64,000 nt of DNA. It comes from Adineta vaga. Its lineage: Eukaryota > Animalia > Rotifera. The stretch is taken from contig CP075496.1 in assembly GCA_021613535.1 (NCBI GenBank), positions 11,780,001 through 11,844,000 on the forward strand. Reading direction: 5' to 3'. Shown piece after piece: positions 14,119-27,728 of the stretch. Numbering within the stretch: position 1 is the first letter of the stretch; the number at the start of each line of letters is the position of its first letter. A program made the translations under genes and the position numbers. The notes beneath the pieces were generated by a model, which saw only the letters and a program-made list of their open reading frames with translations, was not told the DNA's origin and searched no databases.

Positions 14119-14672
14119 TATATCAGGACGAAAAGAACAGAAAATTATTTATGTAAGATACGAAACAATAAGCATATTTGTTTGTGCTCTTCCTACGTAC
14201 ATCATACCACCTCTCCTACTCAGAATGCCACTTATGAGAGCAAGTAAACGTACGAAGATGTGAGAGAATGAGTTATCATTACTAATGCTTATGATTCACA
14301 TCGATATTATTGTGAAAGATGCATGATATTAATAATATTCTAAGCCAATACTGGTATAATCATATGAAGTTATTCAAGAAAAAGAAATTCAAAGAATTTT
14401 TTCTATATCAAACATCACGTCATTGATGTTGAAGAGCATTGTTAGATTGAAAATATTATTTTTTCTGTTTGTGATTAATCATTGACATCCAACAATAATT
14501 CCTTTTTCTTCAAATTTAATTGTCGGTTTTTTAATCCTACACTCGATAAGTGTATTTTGATCATAATTCGAAAGAAGAAGAAAACTTCCAACATACGATC
14601 GGATGGTATAAATATAGTTGATCGTCGTCAAAAGCTAACATACAGGTGACAAAGCAGAGAAAAGGTCTTCCA

Positions 14673-16391
14673 ATGGGTTGTAAACTGAGTAAAGTTGATC
14701 AACCATCGACATTTATTGGCATCTGTGGTTCAATTGATCTTTCACCTGCAGATAATCAAGCATTCACTTTAACTGTTCGTAAACAACGACAGTCATCTAT
14801 CGATAATACTTCTTATCGTAAAGCTATCGATAAATGGCGACCATCATCGATCGAAGAATTAGTTAGATCGATTAAGAAACTCGCTCGTCGTGGCAATCAA
14901 ATCGATCGAGCTTGGATTATTTTCTATTGGATTAGTCAAAATATTTCTTATGATATAACTACTCTTAACAATCGAAATGGATCACAAAATGCCAATGCTG
15001 TATTTGAAAGTAAACGAGCAGTTTGTGAAGGTTATGCATTAATTTATGCTGATTTATGTCAACAAACAGGAATTCAATGTCGAAAAGTCAGTGGTTACTC
15101 AAAAGGATCGGGATTTGTTTTACGTCAAACGAAATTTGAGAAAACTGATCATGCGTGGAATATTATCACGCTTGACAATGGTCATTCGTATTTCATTGAG
15201 TCAACATGGGGATCAGGTCATTCTGAACAAAAAACAAATCAATTTAAAGCAGAGTTAGTTTCCCATTATTTTATGTGTCCACCAGAACATATGATTTATC
15301 AACATTTACCTGAAGATCCTAGTTGTCAATTATTAGCAAATCCAATTACGATGAATGAATTTCTTATGTTACCTCGTGTATATTCAACATTTTTTACATC
15401 AAATCTACAGATTATTTCACCTGTTGATTCGAATAGAATCGCTCTAATTGAAAACCAATCGTATGGAGAAGTACTTATTCGTACATCGAATAATAATACC
15501 ATATTATGTGGTTCATTAGTAGATGGTAAAAATATACAGATAGAAGGTGCATCTTTCTTGTATTCGGATAAGAATGATTCAACGTTGTGGCGATGTCAAT
15601 TTGCTCCACCAGAAGCAGGAAAATACACGGTTGAAATTTATGCTGGTAAAAAACAAGGAAACACACGGTCATACTCTATTGCTGTTGAATTTGTATTTGA
15701 TGTTACTTGTCGTCTTCAATCGCCAATATCATTCCCATTTACTTGGTCAGAATTTTTTGAGTATAACCTAGAAATCATTAAACCAAAAAACACCCGTTTT
15801 ATTGATTGGCCATCACATGCTAGAAATGGTTATGGTGAGATTCTAATCCGTTCACCACCAAACGTTTATCTTTCTGCACACATGGTAGATACATCTACTG
15901 ATACAGAGGTACAACACGCTACTTTAATGAGCTTTAATCACGAATTAAATCTTTGGCAATGTTTTTTTGTACCCCCTCAATATGAAACTCCATATGATAT
16001 AATATTGTTTGCCAGTTATTTAAATGAAGTCCGATCACATAGTACGGCAAAATTAAGTTTATTACCGGTAACAAAAAGTAACCTGAAACATTCGATGGTA
16101 TTTCCGGAAGTATATTACGGATTCACTGAAAATAAAGTCCAACTGATCGAACCCTTAAATGGTGTCCTTCGGAAAGGTTCTATTGTACACTTTCGCTGTC
16201 GTATACCAGGTGCTCAAGCAATTGGTATGATTGTGGATGGCAATTGGAGTACGCAGGATGAAATAAAACCAGATGAAAATGATGTTTTCGATACCAATAT
16301 CCAAGTTGGACGAAATCATGTCAGTATATGTATAAAAATGAATGTAACAGATCGTTTATTCCACAAATTTTTGAATTACACTGTGAGTTAA
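14673..16391 (+). CDS. Kyphoscoliosis-peptidase/hillarin-like transglutaminase-fold protein, intronless
   Basis: RAWIIFYWISQNISYD, AVCEGYA (Cys), DHAWN (His), FIESTWGSG and YFMCPPEHMIYQHLP, followed by repeated beta-sandwich-like segments. The likely start MGCKLSK is a myristoylation-type N-terminus. Confidence 0.85.
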   Translation: MGCKLSKVDQPSTFIGICGSIDLSPADNQAFTLTVRKQRQSSIDNTSYRKAIDKWRPSSIEELVRSIKKLARRGNQIDRAWIIFYWISQNISYDITTLNNRNGSQNANAVFESKRAVCEGYALIYADLCQQTGIQCRKVSGYSKGSGFVLRQTKFEKTDHAWNIITLDNGHSYFIESTWGSGHSEQKTNQFKAELVSHYFMCPPEHMIYQHLPEDPSCQLLANPITMNEFLMLPRVYSTFFTSNLQIISPVDSNRIALIENQSYGEVLIRTSNNNTILCGSLVDGKNIQIEGASFLYSDKNDSTLWRCQFAPPEAGKYTVEIYAGKKQGNTRSYSIAVEFVFDVTCRLQSPISFPFTWSEFFEYNLEIIKPKNTRFIDWPSHARNGYGEILIRSPPNVYLSAHMVDTSTDTEVQHATLMSFNHELNLWQCFFVPPQYETPYDIILFASYLNEVRSHSTAKLSLLPVTKSNLKHSMVFPEVYYGFTENKVQLIEPLNGVLRKGSIVHFRCRIPGAQAIGMIVDGNWSTQDEIKPDENDVFDTNIQVGRNHVSICIKMNVTDRLFHKFLNYTVS

Positions 16392-16999
16392 TATTGTAAG
16401 TTATATTAGAAAATAAACATGATGCAGCAAATCGAGAAAAAAGTGTTTTTATGGGTGTCAAATGACGATGTATCGAGCGTCATAATCACAATTCGACTTT
16501 TTATAACACTTTCAAAGCAATTTCCATAGAGTTTAATCGAACAAATAGTCAAAAGAAAAAATCTTACAAAAATCTTTATTGTCTTGAGAATAAATAAAAG
16601 AAAAACATCTGATATTCGATCTCTCATACTCAAATTAAGGTATTATACAATTCTAAAACACGAATGAATTCATTTGTATCCCAGATTAATAAAGTTCTTT
16701 TAATTTGTCATGTGTTATGTATGATATCGACTGACAACCTTTCCTAAGCATGATCTGCCATTTACAATGACTTCCGAGATAAATTTATTTCAGACTTAAA
16801 TGTAAAGTATTCGACATATTCTTTTGCTTTCCTTCTTATTTGTTGATAAGATAAAAAGTTAACGTGGTCGAATAATTGGTGATATACTGCAATAAAAGAA
16901 TTCATGAAAAAGTAAAAGTAAAAATCTTTTGACAGTTTTATCAACATATTATTGAGTTTTCGTTAGTTATATTTTTATTAAAACAAAGCTTACATTATT

Positions 17000-17824
17000 A
17001 TGGGTTGTGACTTTAGCAAGACTGCAACAGTTGTTCCAGTAGGTATTATTTCAGATGAAAAACATCTTTTGGCTAGTATCAACCAAACTGAAGTGAAAGA
17101 GGATGGTTCGACCGATATTCCATCAGAATCCATTCAATCAAAAGTTGTAAGTAGAGTATTATCATCAAAGTCAAACAAGGCAACACAGAATGCTGATTCA
17201 TTAGTATCAAATCATACAAATGAAATCAATTCTAATCAAAGTTTAAGTATGTCAAATCAACCAGATTACCGATCATTATCATCACATTCAAAAGAAGTGA
17301 TGATTCGACCAACAACTGCTCAAACTTGTGTTGTCAAATCATTTCCATCAGAATCTTCAGAAAATGATTCCGATAATGAAACACTCGACGAAGCACATCG
17401 GATGGACTTTCGCTATGATGATATTGTTAGTTCATCATCATCTGCTGACATGGAAAAAACCTTGCAACGTCGATTTATTATTTCAAAATTCAATAATGAT
17501 CAAAATACAATGGTCAATAGTTTTTTCAGTGATTCCGATGAATCATATCCACTGCATCAAAGTATTGTTACATCATCATCATCATCATCATCATTGTCTG
17601 CAGATATATCATCGAAACAGAACATAAAACGAAATATAAATATTGATGAAATTGAATCGAATACTGAACTACGTAGTAGTCTATCAAGTGATTCAGAGTA
17701 TATGATAATACATCAAAATGCAAGGAATAAATTGAAATCTCCCAGTTTAATGACGTCAGATAATCATCAAAAACCAATTGTTTATGAAACATCATACGAA
17801 TCCGAGATTGATTTAGAATCATAA
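17000..17824 (+). CDS. Ser-rich, probably disordered protein with an MGCxxSK lipidation-type N-terminus
   Basis: 274-codon single ORF starting MGCDFSK; low complexity; no recognisable domain. Confidence 0.55.
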   Translation: MGCDFSKTATVVPVGIISDEKHLLASINQTEVKEDGSTDIPSESIQSKVVSRVLSSKSNKATQNADSLVSNHTNEINSNQSLSMSNQPDYRSLSSHSKEVMIRPTTAQTCVVKSFPSESSENDSDNETLDEAHRMDFRYDDIVSSSSSADMEKTLQRRFIISKFNNDQNTMVNSFFSDSDESYPLHQSIVTSSSSSSSLSADISSKQNIKRNINIDEIESNTELRSSLSSDSEYMIIHQNARNKLKSPSLMTSDNHQKPIVYETSYESEIDLES

Positions 17825-18215
17825 TCAATCAAACAGATGAATACTTATTATTTACCTAATGCATCACTGACATTTTATTACATTTATTTCATTGTTAAAC
17901 ATTTGTTAATAAAACACTCGATAGAAAAAAATACAAACTTGTTTTTCAACGAAGTAAAGTATTTTTCTGATCTAATAATATCAATCGTGTAATGTTCTTA
18001 ATTTCTGTAGAAATGGTTTTGTAATGATTAATTTTCTGTCTGATAATATCGTGTACCATAGATAACATATCATTCTCAATGACATAACGATGAAAAATTG
18101 AAAAATTGAAAAATATAGATAGGTGAATAGGTATACTGATTGTTTTCTTTTTCTATCAATTCTACCAACAATTTCATTGGAAACAATAGGAACAAAAACA
18201 AAATCAATAAAAGAA

Positions 18216-21200
18216 TTATTTTTTCTCATTAAAAAATGGTGGTAATAATTCGATTAGTTTTCCAACTGCTAATCTTTCTTCATCAGTTAATGATGTTGAT
18301 GAATTGCTTTGAAATTCAAATCTTAATGTTACAAAATGATAAATAATACTTGATTTTAGTTGTGCAATAATATGTGCAAATAGAAGTGACCAATTGAGAT
18401 CTATACGAGTGACTAATGTCTGCAAAGAATTGATGAATGATTAATTTCTATTTTTGACAAAAAAAGAAAACGTACGTAATCAATTTTTAATGTTGGAATG
18501 TTTGAATGAATACTACGTTTTGACATACGAAGATTTAAGTCAGTAAAAGCACGATTACTATTGTTTGAATTAATATTTAAATTTTCAGTTGATTGCATAA
18601 AATGTCGTTGATATTGAGTGTACAATTGTGAATCTGATTGAGACATATTGTAATATTCATCTACAGTTTTAACATCTAGACGTAAACGAATTCGATCAAA
18701 ATTTTCTGTAAGAATTTCACAGATACGATCCGAGTTTTTGCCATCTATGAATCATCGAATGAAAAACAATAGAAAGGAAAGATAAAAGAAGGTGTAACAA
18801 ACTTATTTGTTTGTTGTTTGATTGATTATGTGGTAAACGAAATAATGGTGATCTACAGTAAAACAATTTATTTATATAAGATAGTTATACAAGTATAGAA
18901 GAATAACTTACTTTCGATCAAGTAATAATTCAATAGTACGATAAATGTCCTTCGCATGATCTATGACAAAAAAAGTATCAAAAAACAAAGTACATGATAA
19001 GAGAACAAAACTTAAATCTTTCTAGTATTATTATTATTATTTTAACATGATATTTAGGTAAATAAACATGGTAAAACTGATAAAAATTTATCTCTATAAA
19101 CTGCGCACATCTTATGTGTCATTTCTCTCACAAGATTTTTTGTCTAAAACATGCCATTATTAAACGCTTTTATTGACTCTGTCGCTTGTGTTGGTTTTAC
19201 ATCAGAACGTGGTGTTTCACTTGATTCGGAATCGAAGAGTAATGGATCTCTTTTTACATCTTCCCTACAACCATCTGTATTGGCTATTGTTAATAACAAT
19301 CATGCTATGTATCCGCAATCACGAAGTAGTGAATTTATTGATCCATTGTATCCACCAGTAGGTCGTATAAGTTCTCATTCAATGCCAACCATCAGGTACG
19401 TCAGGGCGTTCGACACCTATATCACCAATGGGTTCAAGTACGAGAACGTCTAAGCAACAGATAATACCAACTATCTATCATAATTTACCACTTTTTTGTT
19501 TTCCTGATGGTGCTCATGCATCGTGGGAACGAGAAAATGAACGTATACATCATATTGTATTTACGCGAGAAGATGGCAAACGTACTTATGCTCTTATCTT
19601 CACATTTCAACAATCTTTTACGTTAAAAGCAGATAAACCAGATGATGATGGTATCTATCAAATTAATGATGTTCAACGACCAACAGCATATACAAGACGA
19701 ATAAGTGTGTCGAAAATACCTATTGCTATCGATAAACTTAAAACTACATCATCATTACCGACAACAACTACACCTCCGACTGTATCGCTTGCACCTTCTT
19801 CTACCCCAATAACTCCTGTAAAATCACGTTCAAGAAAAATGCCTTCATCATTTCACTTTCCTGAACAACCTTCTGGTAGTCGAGTCCGTTCATCAAGCAC
19901 TGAGAATTTAAATAAACAACCTCATTATGTAACACCAACATTTAGTAGTTATATGAAAAAGTTTGTGATCAAACTGTTTTCTTTCCGTAAGATTTTTATC
20001 TTTATATTATTCTAGTATATCGCCTTCAGCTACACCACCACCAGCACGTTTATCACGTACAAATAGTCAAACTAATTTAGCACCTTTGAATGATGATATA
20101 CCAAATGTGACCACAACTGTTTCACGACCACGGTCTAGTTCAAATGCACTTCAGAAAATACCTACGAGTACAGCACACGCAACTGTAACTAAGGCTCCAA
20201 GTTCAACACCAGTATCAACTCCCATTTCAATTCCAACTTCGAAGAAAACAGTCACTTCAATTCCAACTGTAACACCAGTCTCAACTACAACAAGACCTTC
20301 ACTTGATACAACAAAGCCATTCTATTTACCTCATTGTATTGTTCTGATCCTTCTAATCCGTATTGGACAGAAATGCAAGAAACATTAACAATTATTCATG
20401 ATGAATTGATTCAATCAAAAGTTGAACCAAGTTCAAATGCTTATAAATTTCTAATACAAAAATATGCTTTTCTCGTCTGCAATACACCAGTACCACCAAT
20501 ACCATGGGAACGGTTTTCTCTTTCATTCAGTTTAACACATAATCAATCCGTATTATTATTCGATCCACCCATTAGTACAAATCGTACAGTTATTGATCTC
20601 GATCTATCTATTATTCTTTTAACACTCAATATTGGCAAATTACTTGATGTCTTAGCAGCAATACTAACTGAACAACCAATCATTTTTTTCAGTTCAAATT
20701 ATTCGAAATTAGTAACAACACTCGAATGTCTTCTCTATTTAATCTATCCTTTGAAATGGATTCATATTTATGTTCCATTGGTACCATATGGTTTACTTGA
20801 TCATTATCTTGCAGGTCCACCAGGTGCATATATTATGGGTACACATTCACGTCATCAAGAAATTGTCGAAAAACTTGATAATAGTTTAACATGTAATTTA
20901 GATAATGATAAAAATATTCACATACCAAAGAATATTAATTTTCATAATATTCCTTTTAAAAAACTTCAACGATTTAGCGGTCCAATTACACAATTTCTTG
21001 AAGAGATTAAAAAATCTCGTTCATTACAAAATGTTCATACACCAATTCGTTTACGCGTAGATCAACAACGTGAATTTGAACGTCAACAACGTATTGAAAT
21101 TAATCAAAAAATCACAAAAATCTTTCTCGATCTAATGGTTGATCTATGTGGTGATGCATTACAACCAATCTATTGGACTGTCAATCATCAAAATAGTCCA

Positions 21201-24200
21201 ACAAATACATTAACAAGAACATCAACTAGTGAAGGAAAAACGACAAATCATTCTCAAATAGAAACATTTAGTAAAGACAAATATCTTCTTTCGAAAACTG
21301 AAGGTGATGAATTAGAATTCTATCAAGATTTTGTTGCTACAACTGCATTTCAACATCTCATGGAAGAAGAACGAATATCAACATTACCAAGTATATTTCG
21401 ACAAATTTGTCAAATACATTTATTATCAAATGAAGGTCACTTGTATGATCTTAATCATACATTAGAAAATCATACAAATAATCATGTAAATAAATTTCGA
21501 ATATTCTATCTAACTTGTTGTTATTTCTTGTCCGATATAGGATGAATCAACAACAATATTATGTGAATCGATATCTTCACAAATGATTTTACCATTACCA
21601 AATTGGCCGAGTAATGTATCTGCACATTATTTAGATAGTTGTATTGATCTATTTACTGATGAATTAAAAAATGCTGAAAAAGAACGTTCACCAGCTGTAA
21701 TTGCTGTCTATGCTTATCTTCTCGGATGTGCATTATTAGCACGTGGTAATCTTATTGATGGTTTACGTTATCTTTATTTAATTGAAAATCAAAATTTATT
21801 TCCACGAGAATTTATTGAAACAAAAATTATTCCTCGTCTTTTGGATGAACATCTCTTGGATATATTCATTCATGAACCATTTTATATGAATGCACCAGAA
21901 TGGAAGAAAGTTCAAACACGTCCTTCTCTACATTTGTCAAAAATTGATCTTGTTGAAAGTGGAAATTCATTTGATGAATCGATATCGACGAAATCATCGA
22001 ATGAATTCGATACTAATAATGATATGATTTTTATTGAAAATACTCTTACTTATGACCAATTTAGTGAACATATTCATCGTTTGAATATTGTTGTTGATAA
22101 TGAAACAACGGCAGCATTATTTAATGCTTTATTATATTGGACAGATAGTAATTTAGTAAAAACGTTGAAAAAAGATAAAACATTAACAAATAAATCATCT
22201 GATCGACGTCAATCCATATCGAACAGTACTTCATTGAAAGATACATTAACTATGTTAAATGATCATCAACGAGGAAATCAAAATATTTCTTCAATACCAA
22301 ATTTATCTGTCGAAGGAAATGCAACATTACCAACTACATTATTCGAATCATTTGTTAACATTTGGCAACAAACGAATGCTGAAAAAGTTCGTATGACTCG
22401 TTGTTTACCCGATGATCGACAAATGCAAGAATCAATTTTAAAAGTAAATCTTTTCTTCATACTCAGAAATATATTATAAGTACATTGTTTTCCTTTGTAT
22501 TCATGATTAGATTTCATCAACTGGTGTCGTATCAAAAAAAGATGGTCCTGGTCAAATAATTCTTACACAAAAACGTCTTTATTTCTTACCCGAAGCACGT
22601 TCATCAGTTCGTCTTCTAACTGAACTGATACATATTATCTCTGTAGACAAATATCAGCATCAAACGGTATTTTCTTCATCAAAACCTGGTATTAAAATTC
22701 ATACCTCTACAAATTCAAAACAAGCATCATTACCTCGTGATACAAATTCAACATTGAAATCCAAATCATTATCATTAGAAAAAGATGCCAAAACATCAAT
22801 TAGTTTATTTTTTAAAAGTAATCATGAACAAGAATTATGGTATACATTAATCATGGAATTATGGTCAGGTTTAACGATTGCACATGAACGATGTGATACA
22901 ACTCTACTGAATATAGCATCAAGACATATTGCACTTATGGATACATTAGCTAATATCGATTATGATGAAGATAATTCATCACCGTTCGATCGACAATCAA
23001 CAAGTTCACGTGCAAAATTAAAACAACGTCATAATGAGGTAAAACGATCGATTTTTCTTTTAAACTATTACGAAGATATTTATTTGAATTATAGGCAAGC
23101 CGTGAATTTGCTTTGAATGATTTATCGAAATTTACTCGAATGCTACAAGATGGTACACACAAACCATTATCAGCCGAAACTCGTAATGTTCTTACACGTC
23201 GTTTATCGCCATCGATCAATGAAACTGAACGTCGTGCTGTACGTTGTTTGGTATATGTTGAACATGCTGATAATGGTCGTTCATCGCTTTGGTGTTCATA
23301 TGGTGCTAAACTTAAAATTTTTAGTGTTTCAACATGGATTTGTGAGCCAACAAATCTCATATTTCCATCAGAGATTACATGTTTATGTCTTGATGGACGT
23401 TATAAATTATGGGTCGGTTGTATTCATGGTGAATTATTTGTTGTTGATACAATTACACGAATTTCTGGTTCACAACTAGCGTCGATTGAAGGTGAAGGTG
23501 GATGTCAAACTGCTGTATTTGATCCAGTACATAATCAAATTCTAACAGCTAATAAAACTAGTACAGTTACTCTATGGAATGCATCCAATTGGGAACGCAT
23601 AACTACTATAAATCTATGTGAAGTATATGAAACAACTCGCGATACTCAACAAAAAACATTCAAAAGCGAAGCAGTTGTTACATTTCGTAATTCTCTAGGA
23701 GGAACAACTAATGGTAAAAATCCAACACAACAACCATCTTCTATTAAATCGAATCAATCAACTGTCCTACCTGACATACCAAGTAAGACTAATTCAATGA
23801 CTTAACTATCTTTTCTTTTAATCGTTTCAATTTAGTTATTCCATCAGCTGGTGGACCAGCCCAAGTCATTCCATCATCAACAGATAAACTTGAACGTATA
23901 CAAATCTATGAAGATCTTCTATTTGCTTGTTATTGTAATGATTATATCTTAGTTTTACGTAGTACTGAGTCGAATACTTATACTTATGAACATGTCATAT
24001 CTATCAAATACAAAACAGGTGATTCAACACCAATCGAATCATTTCTTGCCTACAACAATCAATTATGGGTATCTACTGGTTGTATTATTCATATATTTGA
24101 TATTAATAATTCCAATAATGAAGATTGTTATAGTTTACGAATGAAAAAACCTGTTGATGAAGATCATTTAATTACTATGTTAGGTTTTTCTGGTTATATA

Positions 24201-27200
24201 TGGGCAGGATCATTACGTGGAAATGTTTATGTATTTCGTATGGATAATTATGAATTATATAAAACATATGCTGGACATCGTGATAGTGTTTGTTGTCTAT
24301 GTTCAATGTTAGATACATATGTTGTTAGTGGTTCTGCACAAAATGATACATCAATTGCAATTTGGGACAATGTACAAACAACAAATGGTGGAACAGCATC
24401 AGCGATCGGTTCTGCTGCTCGACGAGCATTAGCTAATGCACATTGAAGTACAATGCATGTTTAGATTTCGAAGAAAAGAATGAAAATGCTTCGTTATTAT
24501 TTAGTTATTTCTTAATTGAAAAACAAAAAAAACAATAAATTATTTTTACCTGTTAAGAATGAATAATAAATTGAAGCACGATCTACTTTATAATCCAGCA
24601 TATATTGATAAAGTAAACGAGCGAAGATCTAAAACGATTATTCCATAAAGAAAATAAAATTCATATTGACAAGAAAAAAATATATAAAACTAACGAATCG
24701 TTTGGTTAATTGAGATTGATATTGATTGATCATAGTAAGTAAATAATAAAGAGATAAAGGAATATTCGCTAAATATTGTTGAAGTGATTTCAAATAAATC
24801 GTTTTTTCATCGACAGAATCTTAAATTAAAAGACGATACTACTTGTTGAAGATAATAATTTATCAACTATTATCTCACCTTTCAAATGCATAGCTTGTTG
24901 TAATTTTAATTGCCATTCGATTTCTTTCTCAGTTGCACAAAGATAACAACATCTAGAATCACAATTAAATTCATCGAGCAAGAAATAATAAACAATCAAT
25001 TTCTACTTAGCAAAGAATTCCATCCAATATTTCATCATTAGAAATAACCATTCTGGAAACTATAAATAAATCGATAAAAATCAAAGTGAAATTTTAAAAA
25101 AATGTTTTACTTTTATAGTTAAATTATTCATAAATGACCAATCACGTTGATGTTTAACAAAAAGATTCATCAATTCCCATTGTTCATTTTTCATTATCAA
25201 TCGAATAAGTATTGATTGAAATGCATCTAATTCCGAATATTCAATCAATAAAGTTAGAATTTGATTATTTGAAAAATGATTTTGTCTTGTTTCAATGATA
25301 TTTTTCATTAGAAAATATGTTTGTACTTGTATACGTAAATCATTATTTAGATCAAACCAATCAGGTCGAATTACATTTAACCAAGATATTTTCTTGAGTA
25401 ATTTGGTTGTTCGATGATGAACAATGATATCTAATTGATCATATAAAAGATCACATGGACAAGTAACAAGAACAATTGCTGCTAAAATTTCATTTCCATA
25501 TTCGAAAAATTTTGATCTAAAACAAAGAAAAAATGATAAAGAATCAACAAATTTTCCAAGCATACTCAATATTTGCATTTTGAAAGAACATAAATTGTTT
25601 GTCTGAATGATTTTGATTAATAAAATAATGACTAAATTCACTTGCATGTACTAATAAAGCAAGAAGATCAGTTTTATATTGATTTTGTCTTGCATAGGAG
25701 ATTTGAACTGATGCATAACGATGATAAATCAAATCCATAAAGTTTAATAATACAGATGGAATTACTATTGAAAGTAAACTTGAACAATATTGTTTGAAAT
25801 AATGATGAAAACGAATGAAATGATGAAATAATGCATCGATATAAACCGAATAACGTTGATTTTCAAAATAAGATTTTGTATTTAACCAATCACTTGCATC
25901 ACAATCATGTAAAAGATTAATTTTCCAATAAGTTAAAATAAATTGACAAAAATTATATAAAAAATATTGAAATTGTTCATGCTGATATAAAATTTGCATA
26001 CTAGATAATGATGAAATTAAACAAATACAATGTTCAAGAGATATAGATGATGGATAAGAATGGCAAAGCTAGAAATAAAAAAAACAGAAGATATTTAGAA
26101 AAGGAAAACTATATTGAAAAATATTTACATTCGATGCTTTATCAATTAGTTGACTAAGTTTTTCATTGCATTTTTGTTTGAGTTTTACAGAACTCTTTGA
26201 TATGTTTGTATCATCGAAGAATAAAAGTAATTTACTGATATCCTATTAAATCAAAATGATTTCGAATGAGAAGAAATTAAAATCTTTACCGGATAGATGA
26301 AGAAAACTGTTTGTCGAATAGGACATTTATATCCTTCTAATTTTTCAAAAGAATCAAATTGATCAAAGATTTTTTTATTTAAAATGAAATCTATATAAAG
26401 AGTAAAAAGAACAAATCAAAATGATATTCTATTAAAAATAGACAAATTCATCGAATCATACCAATTCGTTGTTGAAGATTAGCAAGAACAATATTAGAAA
26501 AGTATTCATCAATAATCATACAATCCTATAGAAATCAAATCCTTTTTTCAAACGCATTTTTTGCATTATTACTTACTTTTTTCTCATCAATTTTATTCAA
26601 TTGTTCACATAATTGACTTAATGGTTTTATTAAATGATTTAATGATAAAAGTTGTTGTTGTTGTTGTTTATCCATTTTATTCTTTAAATATTCATTTAAT
26701 TCATCGATTAATGATTCAAATTGATTTAAAACACTTGAATACCAAATATGAATTGTATTCTTAAGAAGTTCATCATTTGTATAATAAAGATTCAAGGAGC
26801 GTTCAAGTGCATTTGCTAACAGATGAATCTTTTCACCATTGCCACCCCATTTCTGTTTTTGAGTATCTTTACGAAATTGATTGATGATTGATTCTACAAT
26901 TACTTGTCGAATTGAATTGAATGAAAGAATTAATTCAGATTGAGGAACAAATTGTTTAAGAAGTTCGAAAAGAGATGGAATAAATGAAGAATTTAAACGT
27001 TGAATAAGATTCAATTGATATTCAATAAAATCATTCGAATATTCTTGTTGATTAATCGGATTTGTTCGATGAAGAAATGCTCGAAGAATAAGAATACTAT
27101 CTGATGAATTCGATTCTTGAAAATTAGACTAACGATAAAAAGAGATAAGAGATTTATTTTTAAAAAACAAAGTTCTTACTAAAATTTTTAAAATAGTATT

Positions 27201-27251
27201 GTCCGATTTTGAATCAAATGAAGTTTCATGTTCGTTGATAATATTATTCAT
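18216..27251 (-). CDS. KIAA0825 (DUF4495)-like helical protein; multi-exon host gene with a 5.6-kb intron (18961-24549)
   Basis: ATG at 27251, then phase-compatible exons through 24550 and exons from 18960 down to the stop at 18216. LLHDCDASDWLNTKSYFENQRYSVYI..HRYASVQISYARQNQYKTDL resembles the KIAA0825 core as I recall it. Confidence 0.62.
19151..24446 (+). CDS. DENND3: DENN-domain Rab GEF with GRAM/PH-like and C-terminal WD40 region (DENND3-like); two apparent frameshifts
   Basis: uDENN LPLFCFPDG..HHIVFTREDGKRTYA. DENN ILTEQPIIFFSS..LIYPLKWIHIYVPLVP..AYIMG. dDENN FYQDFVATTAF. GRAM-like GPGQIILTQKRLYF. WD40 LWVGC..GHRDSVCCL..VSGS..IAIWD. Confidence 0.8.
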
Positions 27252-27728
27252 TTTGTAATCTATTTTTTTTTCTTAAGTCTTAATCAAAATTGTCAATCAG
27301 CCATAATCAAGAACGTTGGCAAGTAAATATATTAGTAAGTTCTTTATTATTTCTCATCTTATTCTATAGGTGTCGTTAAATGACGACATTGAAGTTTACC
27401 TTTAACTCTTCTGCCTTGTATAAATCTTATATATGAAATCTGAAGTTTAATAACTAGTTAGGAAATAACGATATCCGCATAAGTTGCATATTATTTGACA
27501 TGAATTTTTCATAAATGAGAGAGAAATCTTACACTTTCGATATTATTTTCTTATTTTTGTAGTTTATACTTCCCTTTCTATTTGTTCCGTATGAATACGC
27601 GCACTAGATGAGGGCAATCATCTGTAACATGTTATTTCCAACATATTGATACTGTATTTCATACAAAAATTGACTGTATGTTGTTTGTGTCATCCATTTA
27701 GTTTGGTCAACTAGAATAGAACACGAAC

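Noticed and set aside
17328-17828. Poly-His and poly-Met ORFs overlapping 17000-17824
   Set aside because: These are alternative-frame readings of a (tca)n Ser-codon run in the main ORF.
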